Assembly (NCBI GenBank): GCA_041750555.1
Contig: JBGSZB010000011.1
Span: forward strand, 588-64,587
Source of the DNA: Candidatus Dojkabacteria bacterium
Lineage (GTDB): Bacteria; Patescibacteriota; Dojkabacteria; J137
DNA: 64,000 bases
Direction of reading: 5' to 3'
In this document: one piece after another, positions 1 to 9,298 of the stretch
How positions within the stretch are numbered: the first letter of the stretch is position 1
Layout: the number at the start of each line of letters is the position of its first letter
Translations under genes and position numbers: made by a program
Notes under the pieces: model-generated
Database searches by the model: none
Seen by the model: only the letters and a program-made list of their open reading frames with translations
Told to the model about the DNA's origin: nothing

Positions 1-645
1 TAATCTTTTAATTCTAACTACTCTCTTACATACCTCTATTAAGTCTTTAACTTCCTTAAATGGTGTGTCTTTTCTTTTAATAATTATTTCACTAACTAAA
101 AGATTATTAATTGATCCTCTAATATCTGAATACTTTTCAAACATTTTAGATAACTCTCTTTTACCTAATGCATTTAACAAATCTGATGCCTTAACATTAA
201 GATTTACATTAAATCTCATGTCTAAATCTTCAAATTCTCTTTCAAAAGATAAACCAGCTACACTTTGAAGTTGTGTCATTGACCAACCTAAATCAGCGAG
301 CAACCCATCTATCATATTTATTTCTAAAGAGCTTAATACTGAAAAGATATTAGAAAAATTATTATTTACTAAAATTACTTCTAAACCATCTTTTTTAAAG
401 TATTTAATTTCTGAGTTATTTCCTACTTCCTCTTTAAAGTTTAATGTTTTTAACTTCTCACTAAACTTTTTAATTTGATTTAAATCTATATCTAAACAAA
501 TTAATTTACCTCTACTTAGTTTATTTATTATCTCTAAACTATGTCCTCCTTCTCCTAGTGTTGCATCTATATATATACCTTCATTTTTAAAAATTAGGTT
601 TTCAACACTTTCTTGTAATAGAACGCTTTTATGTATCACTTTCAT
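1..645 (-). CDS. rsmH: 16S rRNA m4C1402 methyltransferase RsmH (MraW), runs off the window edge
   Basis: Not in the ORF track. Manual translation from ATG at 645 gives MKVIHKSVLLQESVENL...YIDATLGEGGHS...DGLLADLGWS. Overlaps the mraZ stop, as in the canonical mraZ-rsmH pair. Confidence 0.95.
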   Translation of the reverse strand, partial: MKVIHKSVLLQESVENLIFKNEGIYIDATLGEGGHSLEIINKLSRGKLICLDIDLNQIKKFSEKLKTLNFKEEVGNNSEIKYFKKDGLEVILVNNNFSNIFSVLSSLEINMIDGLLADLGWSMTQLQSVAGLSFEREFEDLDMRFNVNLNVKASDLLNALGKRELSKMFEKYSDIRGSINNLLVSEIIIKRKDTPFKEVKDLIEVCKRVVRIKRL

Positions 646-1072
646 TTATACTTTTTGTTAATCTTTCTCCTAAATCTGATATTTCGTTACTTAATTTATC
701 TAGTTTCTTATTCCATTTCTCTAAGTCCCATATCTCTATCCATTCTCCAACTCCTAAAAAAACTATGTCGTTATTTAATTCACTAAAGTTTTTTAATTCT
801 TCACTTATTACAAATCTACCTTGTTTATCGTATTCAATCTCTATTGCTCCACTTAAAAGATATCTTTTTGTATCTCTTACATTTAAAGATAGTAATGGAT
901 TTTTATTTATCTCTTTAATTAGTGTATCCCAACTTTTACTATCTACCATTATTAAACATCTCTCGTATCCCCTTGTTAGAATAACCTTACCTTTAATTTC
1001 TTCTCTTAGTCTTTTAGGTATAGCTACTCTATTTTTTTCACCTATTACACTTTGATATTCTCCAATAAACAT
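629..1072 (-). CDS. mraZ: Transcriptional regulator MraZ
   Basis: MFIGEY...KNRVAIPKRLR...DKQGRFVI...FLGVGEWIEIWD; two SpoVT/AbrB repeats; upstream of rsmH. ATG at 1072 preferred over TTG at 1078. Confidence 0.95.
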   Translation of the reverse strand: MFIGEYQSVIGEKNRVAIPKRLREEIKGKVILTRGYERCLIMVDSKSWDTLIKEINKNPLLSLNVRDTKRYLLSGAIEIEYDKQGRFVISEELKNFSELNNDIVFLGVGEWIEIWDLEKWNKKLDKLSNEISDLGERLTKSINESDT

Positions 1073-1117
1073 ATACAACTTTAAATTCGTAATTATAAGT
1101 TATATTATTTATTTCTT

Positions 1118-1141
1118 CCACCTTTCACCACTTACTACCAC
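1118..1141 (-). promoter_or_regulatory. MraZ operator: three GTGG boxes at 10-bp spacing
   Basis: Minus strand reads GTGGtagtaa GTGGtgaaag GTGG, just downstream of the -10 box; matches the known (GTGG-N6)n MraZ-binding repeat. Confidence 0.85.
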
Positions 1142-1142
1142 T

Positions 1143-1171
1143 ATAATAAAGATATTAAAAAAAAGTGTCAA
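1143..1171 (-). promoter_or_regulatory. Sigma70-type promoter of mraZ-rsmH
   Basis: TTGACA (1171-1166), 17-bp spacer, TATTAT (1148-1143). Confidence 0.8.
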
Positions 1172-1232
1172 GGGTATTGTATTAAGAAAATATATATTAT
1201 CAAAGTAATAATGATTTAGGGGCTTTTGGAAA

Positions 1233-3212
1233 TTAAATCTTCCACTCAGATATATTCTTAAACCTATCTTCAATACTAGATACGTTACTTAGATTAACGT
1301 TACTTAATTGGTTATTAGAATAATAAAGGAATTTAGGGTGATAAAGAAATATTACTGGAGAATCACTTGCAATTAAATCTTGAGCTTCAAAATAATCATC
1401 TAAACGTTTATCTTTTTCTAAAACAGGATCTCTAGCTCTTGCTCTATCAAGTAAATCATCTACTTTAGCAACATTTATGGTAGAGGGATCAGTAGCACTT
1501 GTTCTATTTGGATTAGGTTTTACTGTTTGAGCTAATCCAACATATGATGAAATATTTAACTTAGGATACTCACTTTGAGAACTATGAAATAACTCATATC
1601 TATCTGGGTCTAAGAATGTATTAACACCATAAAGAATTACATCAAAAGATTTAGGAGTTAAAACCTCGTTATTTAATTCCTCTAAACTCCAACCATTTTC
1701 TGCTCCCTCAACTTGAGATTGCCCACTTTGATCTAGTCTGTCAATAATAGCTTTTATACCTACTCTTTCTAAATTCTTTTGAATAACTCTAGCAACTACA
1801 GTTCTATCATATGAATTAACATAATACAGAGAGAAACTCATAACTTCACCTGCCTCGTTAGTTCTATACTTATCTCCACCCTTAATAGTCCAACCAGCTT
1901 CAGTTAATAATTGATTAGCTCTTGATTGATTAAATGTATACCAAGATGTTTTAGAATTGTAGAAAGGGGAATAACTAGATATTGGACCTAATGCTTCTTC
2001 ACCAGCACCTAATAGTCCAGTATTAATAACTTCTTCTCTACTAATTGCACTAGAGATTGCTCTTCTAACATTTACATCACCAAAAAAAGAAGGACCTTTT
2101 AAGTTACCATCATTATCTTTCGCTAAGTTAAAGTATAATGCCCAATACTGTTTAGATAACACAGAACTTAAATTAATATCTATATTTTTGTATTTATCCA
2201 TTTCAGATTCGTATTGAATAGAAGAAGTTGCTAGGGAGTGAACTTCACCATTCTTTAGGGCATCAATAGCATCTTGTAGAGATTTATAGTATTTAAACTG
2301 TATAGTATTAATATTAGGTTTAAAAGTCTCATGATAATCTTCATTTGTAGTTAAGGAAATTGAAAAATCATCTGAAGTTAAAAACTTAAACTTTCCTGTT
2401 CCTAGTGGGAACTTGTATATAGTTGGAATTAAAGAATCAAAATTTGATGAATTAATATCTTTAATCTTATGTTCAGGCAATATCTTAATACTTAATAGTT
2501 CTAAAAGATTAGATATCTTTTCTTTATCCTTTGTAATATTACAATTAGTTAATTCAGTATTATCTTCAGGTTTTGTACAAACTCTAACAGCATAATCACT
2601 AATCTTCATCCAAGTTAATCTTTTAATTGTTCTAATATATGAATTAGTATCAGGTAAACTAGATAATAGATTAAAGGTAGCAATAACATCATCTGCATTA
2701 AAATCAGTTCCATCATGCCATTTAACACCTCTTTTTAAATCAAATTGATAATCAGCACCTTGTTGAAATAAAACAATTTCAGAAGTTAAAACAGGAACAA
2801 CTTCAGTTGAATAATTACCCTCTTTATCTTGAACTGATTCATATTTAATTAGTGGTTCATAAACTAACTCAACAATATCTTTTTCTAATTGAACATTTGA
2901 GGGTATTAATGGATTAATTCTAGATAATTTCTGAGGTCTACCAAGAGCATCTGATCCTACAACTACTGCTTCTACTAATTTGATTGTATGAAATCCTAAT
3001 ATAGCTCCATTAAAGGGTGTGAAAAATATTAATGCTAAAAGTATAAAAACTAGGGCTCCTGAAAAAAAATGAGATAAGGGAACAGATTTATTATAATAAG
3101 AGATAAATCTTCTTTTATACCTATTATCTTCCAAAAATAAATCGGGGTATTTCCAGAAAAAATCCCTAATGAAATACATTAATTTTTCAATATATTTAAA
3201 CGGATTAAGCAT
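1233..3212 (-). CDS. ABC transporter substrate-binding protein, family 5 (OppA/DppA-like), N-terminal TM anchor
   Basis: LKRGVKWHDGTDFNADDVIATF, PLGTGKFK and VRRAISSAISRE motifs; no permease in the window. Confidence 0.88.
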   Translation of the reverse strand: MLNPFKYIEKLMYFIRDFFWKYPDLFLEDNRYKRRFISYYNKSVPLSHFFSGALVFILLALIFFTPFNGAILGFHTIKLVEAVVVGSDALGRPQKLSRINPLIPSNVQLEKDIVELVYEPLIKYESVQDKEGNYSTEVVPVLTSEIVLFQQGADYQFDLKRGVKWHDGTDFNADDVIATFNLLSSLPDTNSYIRTIKRLTWMKISDYAVRVCTKPEDNTELTNCNITKDKEKISNLLELLSIKILPEHKIKDINSSNFDSLIPTIYKFPLGTGKFKFLTSDDFSISLTTNEDYHETFKPNINTIQFKYYKSLQDAIDALKNGEVHSLATSSIQYESEMDKYKNIDINLSSVLSKQYWALYFNLAKDNDGNLKGPSFFGDVNVRRAISSAISREEVINTGLLGAGEEALGPISSYSPFYNSKTSWYTFNQSRANQLLTEAGWTIKGGDKYRTNEAGEVMSFSLYYVNSYDRTVVARVIQKNLERVGIKAIIDRLDQSGQSQVEGAENGWSLEELNNEVLTPKSFDVILYGVNTFLDPDRYELFHSSQSEYPKLNISSYVGLAQTVKPNPNRTSATDPSTINVAKVDDLLDRARARDPVLEKDKRLDDYFEAQDLIASDSPVIFLYHPKFLYYSNNQLSNVNLSNVSSIEDRFKNISEWKI

Positions 3213-3438
3213 TTAATACAGCTATTGCAATAGATAATACTGCAAATAGTATACCTAAAATGATAGTAGAATTATATAGTAAACCCTCTAAACCTCTTTT
3301 AGATCTATAAAATTCTCCTCCTGACATTCCACCAAATACAGTTCCTAGTCCTCCACTTCTATTTTGTAAAACAACTGCAACACATAAAAGAATAGCAACT
3401 ACTGCTAATATATATTTTAAAATGTTTACAAGATCCAT
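3205..3438 (-). CDS. secG: Preprotein translocase subunit SecG
   Basis: Two TM helices flanking LQNRSGGLGTVFGG...RSKRGLE. Confidence 0.9.
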   Translation of the reverse strand: MDLVNILKYILAVVAILLCVAVVLQNRSGGLGTVFGGMSGGEFYRSKRGLEGLLYNSTIILGILFAVLSIAIAVLNA

Positions 3439-3490
3439 AATTTAATAATAACTAGTTGGAATTTTATCAGAATAAACCTTTATAGTAAAA

Positions 3491-3889
3491 CTATCTTGCT
3501 TTATATAACATGTCTATCCCTATAGCTACTACACTTGAGACAATTGTTAAATAAACTAAATTCAGAGTTTGCTCAGTTACTGTAACAATACCAATTAATT
3601 TAAAAATATCAGGAGTATTACCTGTAAAGGTAATTATCTCTAAGATTAAGCCAACAACTAGAAAATATATAAAACAAAAAATAGCACCTAAAAGTAATTC
3701 AGATGCATTATTTAGTGGAATCTTAAAAAATCTTAAAGTAAATGGAATTGCATAAATCATGACTCCAAATGCTAGAGCTAACATTAATTTATATATCAAT
3801 TCAGTTGGTAATAAAATACTACTACCAAATAATGTAGTAACTAAAAAAAAGACTGAAGTGTTCCTTAAAATTAAATACATTTCTTTCAT
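3491..3889 (-). CDS. 4-TM membrane protein, possibly phage-holin-4-like
   Basis: Four hydrophobic segments, P-x-L-x-F-F-x-I-P pattern; coupled to ftsX by an ATGA overlap. Confidence 0.45.
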   Translation of the reverse strand: MKEMYLILRNTSVFFLVTTLFGSSILLPTELIYKLMLALAFGVMIYAIPFTLRFFKIPLNNASELLLGAIFCFIYFLVVGLILEIITFTGNTPDIFKLIGIVTVTEQTLNLVYLTIVSSVVAIGIDMLYKAR

Positions 3890-4977
3890 CTTATATACCT
3901 TTTAATAGATAAAAAGCTACTAATAGAGCCAATTAAAAATCCAGTTACCGTACTTAGTAAAATTAACCCAACCCAACCTAATGTACTAACATATGGCCAA
4001 GGTAGATTACTAAAATTCTCATAAATAAATGTTGATAATACAGAGTTAGAATCTGCTACGAAAACTACAAATATAACACTCGCTATAAAAATTGATGAGA
4101 TAAAGGAACCAATTAACCCATAAAATCCACCCTCTAATATATATGGAGCTCTAATAAATGTAAGACTACCTCCAACTAATTGCATAACACCAATCTCCTC
4201 CATTTGATTGTAAAGCCTAAATTCTACAGTCATAAATGTAAAAAAGAATATAACAATAAATAATAGGGTAATAATAAATATTCCAGCAATCCTTACAGAA
4301 GTTAAAACCTCTCTTAATTGATCTAAGTTTTTATCATCAACTCTTAATTCTATTGGTGGTCTATTAGGATCTGTTTGATACTTGTATGTAAATTCTTCTA
4401 AAGATAAATCATCTTCCAAAGTTACATCTTCAGTAGTTACCTCTGTTGCGTTATCACCCTCCTCTGTTGGTGTTTCTTCTACAACCTCTGTATCACTTTC
4501 TTCTGTTTTAATAATCTTTAATAAACCCAACTCTTCATCAATACTTGATTGTATAGAATTTTTAACGCTTTCTAAATCAGATAAAGACCAAATTTGAATA
4601 TCTAAACTAGATGGTAATATCTTCTCCTCTTTTGTTTTTAAAATCTCATAAGTTTCAGGTAAAACTTTAGCTGTATAATCAGCATATTGCTCATAAGCTT
4701 GGGCTTCAGTTGTATATTCTATATCTTTAATTTTTGGATTACTCTTCCAAGTATCTCTTAATCTATCTACAACCTCTCTATCCATTCCTTCTTCAAAGAA
4801 AACTAATAAGTTACTTTTAGTTTCAATAAATTGAATATATAAATTAGAGATATATGCTAATCCTCCGAATATAATAGCAACTAAAAATGCTAATGTCATA
4901 ACACTAACAGAAGCCCAACCTACCCAGCCACTTCTTTTAATTTGTTTTAGTGAGTTCGCTAATATTCTTCTAAACAT
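3886..4977 (-). CDS. ftsX: Cell division permease FtsX with an acidic insertion
   Basis: EEIGVMQLVGGSLTFIRAPYILEG motif; downstream of ftsE. Confidence 0.92.
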   Translation of the reverse strand: MFRRILANSLKQIKRSGWVGWASVSVMTLAFLVAIIFGGLAYISNLYIQFIETKSNLLVFFEEGMDREVVDRLRDTWKSNPKIKDIEYTTEAQAYEQYADYTAKVLPETYEILKTKEEKILPSSLDIQIWSLSDLESVKNSIQSSIDEELGLLKIIKTEESDTEVVEETPTEEGDNATEVTTEDVTLEDDLSLEEFTYKYQTDPNRPPIELRVDDKNLDQLREVLTSVRIAGIFIITLLFIVIFFFTFMTVEFRLYNQMEEIGVMQLVGGSLTFIRAPYILEGGFYGLIGSFISSIFIASVIFVVFVADSNSVLSTFIYENFSNLPWPYVSTLGWVGLILLSTVTGFLIGSISSFLSIKRYIR

Positions 4978-4991
4978 AATTTATTATATAA

Positions 4992-6353
4992 CTATTTCTT
5001 TAACTTTTTTATAGACTTAGAAATTAATTTAATCTCCCCTTTATCAATTATCATATCCTCATTTAATTTTTCAGGACCAGCTCTTAAAATATCACCTACA
5101 TTTTTATATCCATTAGCTTTTAAATCACTCTTAATATTTTTAGGTAAATCTAACTTATCTACACTTAACTCACCTACTTCATTTAAAAACTTTTCGTCTT
5201 CAACTTCTGCCTCATCCTTAACTTTCTTAGCATTATCCTTTTCTTTAGAAGCCTTATCATTAGATTTACTTTCATTTTCAGTTTCATTATCGTTTTCATT
5301 TTCTTTAACTACTTCATTTTTTTCTTCACCTTCATCTATTAGATCTTCAACATTTTCTATAACATCTTTTTTTGATTCAACAGGTATTTTTACTTTATCT
5401 TCTTCACTATATATCTCATCATAACTCTTATCTAATACATCAGTTATTTTTTCCTTTTTATCTGATCTTCTTAAAAATCCAAAGAATCTTCTTTTTTCAG
5501 GTTCTTTAATATCTTCAACAATCTCACTAACCTGGGTTTCTTCTGGTAAATTATCTTCTAAATCATTTATTTTAAATTTAAAACTCTTTTTCTCATTATT
5601 TTTCTTACTCTTTTTCTTTGTATCCTTTGGAGATTCTTCGTTATCTAAAACTAACTTTTCAAAGTTCTTAGATACCATTTCGTACTGTCCTTTATTATCA
5701 TCTCTAATAATCTTACCTCCCTCCATTTGAATAACTCTTTTATTTAGAGAGTTAACAATATCGGTTCCATGAGTAGACATAATTACTGTAGTACCCCAAT
5801 TATTAATTTTAGTTAAAACTTGAACAATATCCCAAGCACTTGCAGGATCTAAGTTACCTGTTGGTTCATCAGCTATTAATATCTTTGGATTATTTGAAAT
5901 AGCTCTAGCAATTGCTACTCTTTGTTGTTCTCCACCTGATAACTGTCTTGGAAACGAATTTAATCTATTAGAAAGACCTACAATATCTAAAACATAGGGA
6001 ACAGTTTCTTTAATCTCTTTAGTTGTTTTACCTGCAGCTTCCATTGCAAATGCTACATTTTCAAAAGCAGTTTTATCTGGAATTAATTTAAAATCTTGAA
6101 ATATTACACCTATCTCTCTTCTTAATTTATATACCTTTCTTCTATTAATTTTTGTTATATCAACCTCATCAAAAAATATCCTTCCGCTTGATGGAAGTTC
6201 ATCTCTAATTAACATTTTAATTACTGTAGTTTTACCACTTCCAGATGGACCTATCAAAAAAAGAAATTCTCCTTCATTAATTGTAAAGTTTACATTATCT
6301 ACTGCAGTTATATTTCCATCATACACTTTAGAAACATTATTAAACTCAACCAT
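4992..6353 (-). CDS. ftsE: Cell division ATP-binding protein FtsE with a long C-terminal extension
   Basis: [40 protein letters not shown]; about 230 extra C-terminal residues. Confidence 0.92.
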   Translation of the reverse strand: MVEFNNVSKVYDGNITAVDNVNFTINEGEFLFLIGPSGSGKTTVIKMLIRDELPSSGRIFFDEVDITKINRRKVYKLRREIGVIFQDFKLIPDKTAFENVAFAMEAAGKTTKEIKETVPYVLDIVGLSNRLNSFPRQLSGGEQQRVAIARAISNNPKILIADEPTGNLDPASAWDIVQVLTKINNWGTTVIMSTHGTDIVNSLNKRVIQMEGGKIIRDDNKGQYEMVSKNFEKLVLDNEESPKDTKKKSKKNNEKKSFKFKINDLEDNLPEETQVSEIVEDIKEPEKRRFFGFLRRSDKKEKITDVLDKSYDEIYSEEDKVKIPVESKKDVIENVEDLIDEGEEKNEVVKENENDNETENESKSNDKASKEKDNAKKVKDEAEVEDEKFLNEVGELSVDKLDLPKNIKSDLKANGYKNVGDILRAGPEKLNEDMIIDKGEIKLISKSIKKLKK

Positions 6354-8379
6354 GCTTTTTTCTATAATTCTTAAAAATTTTTGTCTTAAAAGTATACTTG
6401 CTTTTTAAATTCTTTAACAGTCTAAAATTTATCCTTTTAGTTACACTCTTTTTATATTTAATTAACAGCGTTATTAAAAGAATTAATATAACTAGTATAA
6501 GTATTACTTTATACAAATCTTTATTTACATAAATATTTAAATTAATTAACCCATTACTTTCAAAGTTTTCAGATTTAATTACGTAATTTAAATTAGTATT
6601 GTTTGTATCTATTAAAAATATTCCTGGATTAATTTCTCCATTAACCTCTACCTCTGATAGTGGTGGAATTATTAAATTAGTGTCATTAATCACTTCCTCC
6701 ACATTGTAACTGTTATTTGATATTAAAATATCTTTTGGATAAAAAAAGAAATTATTTGGGTTATATATTCTTAAACCTAAATAGTTGGATACTCCAGATT
6801 GTAGAGATATATTAGAATCTATACTTAAACTCAATGTTTTTAAGTTATTTGAGCTTTCATTAACTTCACTAACTTCGTTTATGTCACTTAAAGTATTTAC
6901 ATCATTTTTTCTAAATTTAGAAATTATTGGAGAAGATATATCACTTCTTAATCCTAAAAACCCTGAGTTACTATCAAGGGACCACATTCCATAAGTTATT
7001 CTATCTCTAGAATCCTTCATAAAGTATGTTAAAAGATTAACCTCTTCTAAGAGTGGATCTAATATATATTCAGTGTTATCTAACTTAAATTCACACCAAA
7101 CATGAGGAGTAGATGTTTCATTTAATAAATATCCATAAACTATTCTAAAAGGAATATTAAATTCTTTAGCAAAGCTTCCAATTATGTAACAGTATTCAAA
7201 AGAATTAAATTTATCACTTTCACTTAACTTCTCCCATATTAAATTAACACTTTCATTACTTATAACTTCATTTAAATTAGGGCTTAATTTGTTCTTTAAG
7301 TACTCATTAACAGCTCTTAACTTCTCTAATGGGGTATTTACTACCTCTACAAACTCCAAAGCCTCTAAATAGAAGTTTTTAGATTTATCAATATTAAATT
7401 CATTGTTAAATACATTAAAACTCTCTTTTTCTATTCTGCTATTAAAATATTTAACATTATTTGTATTATTTAAATTACTCTCACTCTCTAGAATATTTGC
7501 ACCATTAGAATATATATTCATTTCAAAATTAAATTCAGTATCTGATTTAGGTATTAATACATAGTTATTTAAATACTTATCATTAAAAGCATAACTTAGT
7601 GTTGGAGAATTAAGATATTCAAATGTAAAATCTCTTTCAAATGGCAAATTAAAAAGTAAGTATGAATTTAAATTTATAATACCAATCTCATTTTCTAATA
7701 TATCCTCTTCTGTATTTTCACTAATATTTAAATCATTATTAACCCCAATCTTAAAATTTGAATAAACATTATCTATCTCTCCCCATAATATTTTTAATGC
7801 ACCATTACTAGATCCGCTTATACTATTCCCAATTGAATTGTAATCATTGGAATATACTGTTAAGTTATTACCAAAACTCACGGGATAAGTAATATTAAAT
7901 TTAAAGCTTTGTAGAGAAAAATCATTTTCATAGTATGGGAAGTAAAATTGTTTTAAAGAAAAAAACTCTTTAACTAAAGATTTAGTATCAAATTCAATAT
8001 TAAGTATTGGATCTAAATTAAATATTGATAATTTATCTTTTAAACTAATTAATAAACTAGTGGTATTACCCTCAACCTCTTTATTAAAGTTAAACTCTCC
8101 AAAAGTATTATCTACCTTTAAGTTTTCAATATCTTTAAAGGGGAATACTACTCTAACCGATTCAAATACCTTAGTATCTGTTACATTAATATAGCTGATA
8201 TTTAGTTTAAAGTTAGAATTTAAATTCTCATCAATTGTAATATCTATACTACTATCACTGTTTGCTAGTGCCTTAACTTTATTTATTTTAAAGTTTAATA
8301 ACAGTGTTATTGAAATTAATAACAGTATAGTAATTAGTAATATTTTAAATTTATTAAGCTTTATAGTTTTAAACCCCAT
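6346..8379 (-). CDS. Membrane-anchored transglutaminase-like domain protein
   Basis: N-terminal signal/TM and C-terminal TM; IPFRIVYGY...HVWCE...YILDP core. Confidence 0.75.
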   Translation of the reverse strand: MGFKTIKLNKFKILLITILLLISITLLLNFKINKVKALANSDSSIDITIDENLNSNFKLNISYINVTDTKVFESVRVVFPFKDIENLKVDNTFGEFNFNKEVEGNTTSLLISLKDKLSIFNLDPILNIEFDTKSLVKEFFSLKQFYFPYYENDFSLQSFKFNITYPVSFGNNLTVYSNDYNSIGNSISGSSNGALKILWGEIDNVYSNFKIGVNNDLNISENTEEDILENEIGIINLNSYLLFNLPFERDFTFEYLNSPTLSYAFNDKYLNNYVLIPKSDTEFNFEMNIYSNGANILESESNLNNTNNVKYFNSRIEKESFNVFNNEFNIDKSKNFYLEALEFVEVVNTPLEKLRAVNEYLKNKLSPNLNEVISNESVNLIWEKLSESDKFNSFEYCYIIGSFAKEFNIPFRIVYGYLLNETSTPHVWCEFKLDNTEYILDPLLEEVNLLTYFMKDSRDRITYGMWSLDSNSGFLGLRSDISSPIISKFRKNDVNTLSDINEVSEVNESSNNLKTLSLSIDSNISLQSGVSNYLGLRIYNPNNFFFYPKDILISNNSYNVEEVINDTNLIIPPLSEVEVNGEINPGIFLIDTNNTNLNYVIKSENFESNGLINLNIYVNKDLYKVILILVILILLITLLIKYKKSVTKRINFRLLKNLKSKYTFKTKIFKNYRKKHG

Positions 8380-8434
8380 TATATGTAATAATCCAACTAA
8401 TATATTAAAATATCCTAGATTAATAATACATTAA

Positions 8435-9298
8435 ATGCATAGTTTTAAAAAAAGTTTTGGACAAAATTTTCTAAAAGGCCATAAGTTTCAATCTTTAATG
8501 GTTGAATATCTAGATCTTAAAGAAGATGATTTAGTTATAGAGATTGGTCCTGGAGATGGCTCTCTAACTCTTCATCTATTAGAAACTAATGCATTAGTTA
8601 ACTCTATTGAAATTGATTACTCCCTTCTTCCAACATTACTTAGAAAGTTTGATCGGAATAATAACTTTAATTTAATTAATGAAGATATATTAAAATTAGA
8701 CTTTAAAGAACTTTTAAATAATACTTTTAATAAAGATAGGTTTAGTGAGTTATTAAAGGATAATAGAGGAGTTAAGATATGTGGTTCTCTTCCATACAAT
8801 ATTTCTAAAAGGATTATCTCTAGCTTATTAGATTTAAATTTATCTTTTCATATTGATAATAAATATGGAATTAAAATTGAATCTATGTGTTTTATTGTTC
8901 AAGATGAAGTTGCTAAAGAATATGTATCAAGACCCCCACAAGCTGCAAAACTCTCTGTAATTTCTTCCCTTTATTCTGATATTAAAAAGGGATTAAGTAT
9001 TCCTAAAGACTATTTTTATCCAAAACCTAAGGTTGATGGTGGGATATTAATATTTAAACCTTTAAATAATTCTGATGATTTTAATGTATTAAACATTAAA
9101 GAGATTATTAAATTAGTAAATATTGGATATATATCTCCTAGAAAAACGTTATACAACAACTTAAAATCTAGTAATAAATGGGATAGTGATAATATTTTAA
9201 AAAGTATTGAAGCTATTGGATTTATAAATACTACTAGGGCATCTGAGTTATCCCGTGATAATTGGATTAAGCTCTATTCTCTTTTAATTAATTCTTAA
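8435..9298 (+). CDS. rsmA: 16S rRNA dimethyladenosine transferase RsmA/KsgA
   Basis: KKSFGQNFL, VIEIGPGDG, GSLPYNIS, FYPKPKVDG. Confidence 0.95.
   Translation: MHSFKKSFGQNFLKGHKFQSLMVEYLDLKEDDLVIEIGPGDGSLTLHLLETNALVNSIEIDYSLLPTLLRKFDRNNNFNLINEDILKLDFKELLNNTFNKDRFSELLKDNRGVKICGSLPYNISKRIISSLLDLNLSFHIDNKYGIKIESMCFIVQDEVAKEYVSRPPQAAKLSVISSLYSDIKKGLSIPKDYFYPKPKVDGGILIFKPLNNSDDFNVLNIKEIIKLVNIGYISPRKTLYNNLKSSNKWDSDNILKSIEAIGFINTTRASELSRDNWIKLYSLLINS

Noticed and set aside
1233-3212. SBP as a CntA-like receptor for the NAS product
   Set aside because: It is 20 kb away, coupled to secG, and no operator copy was seen upstream; there is no evidence beyond the shared family.
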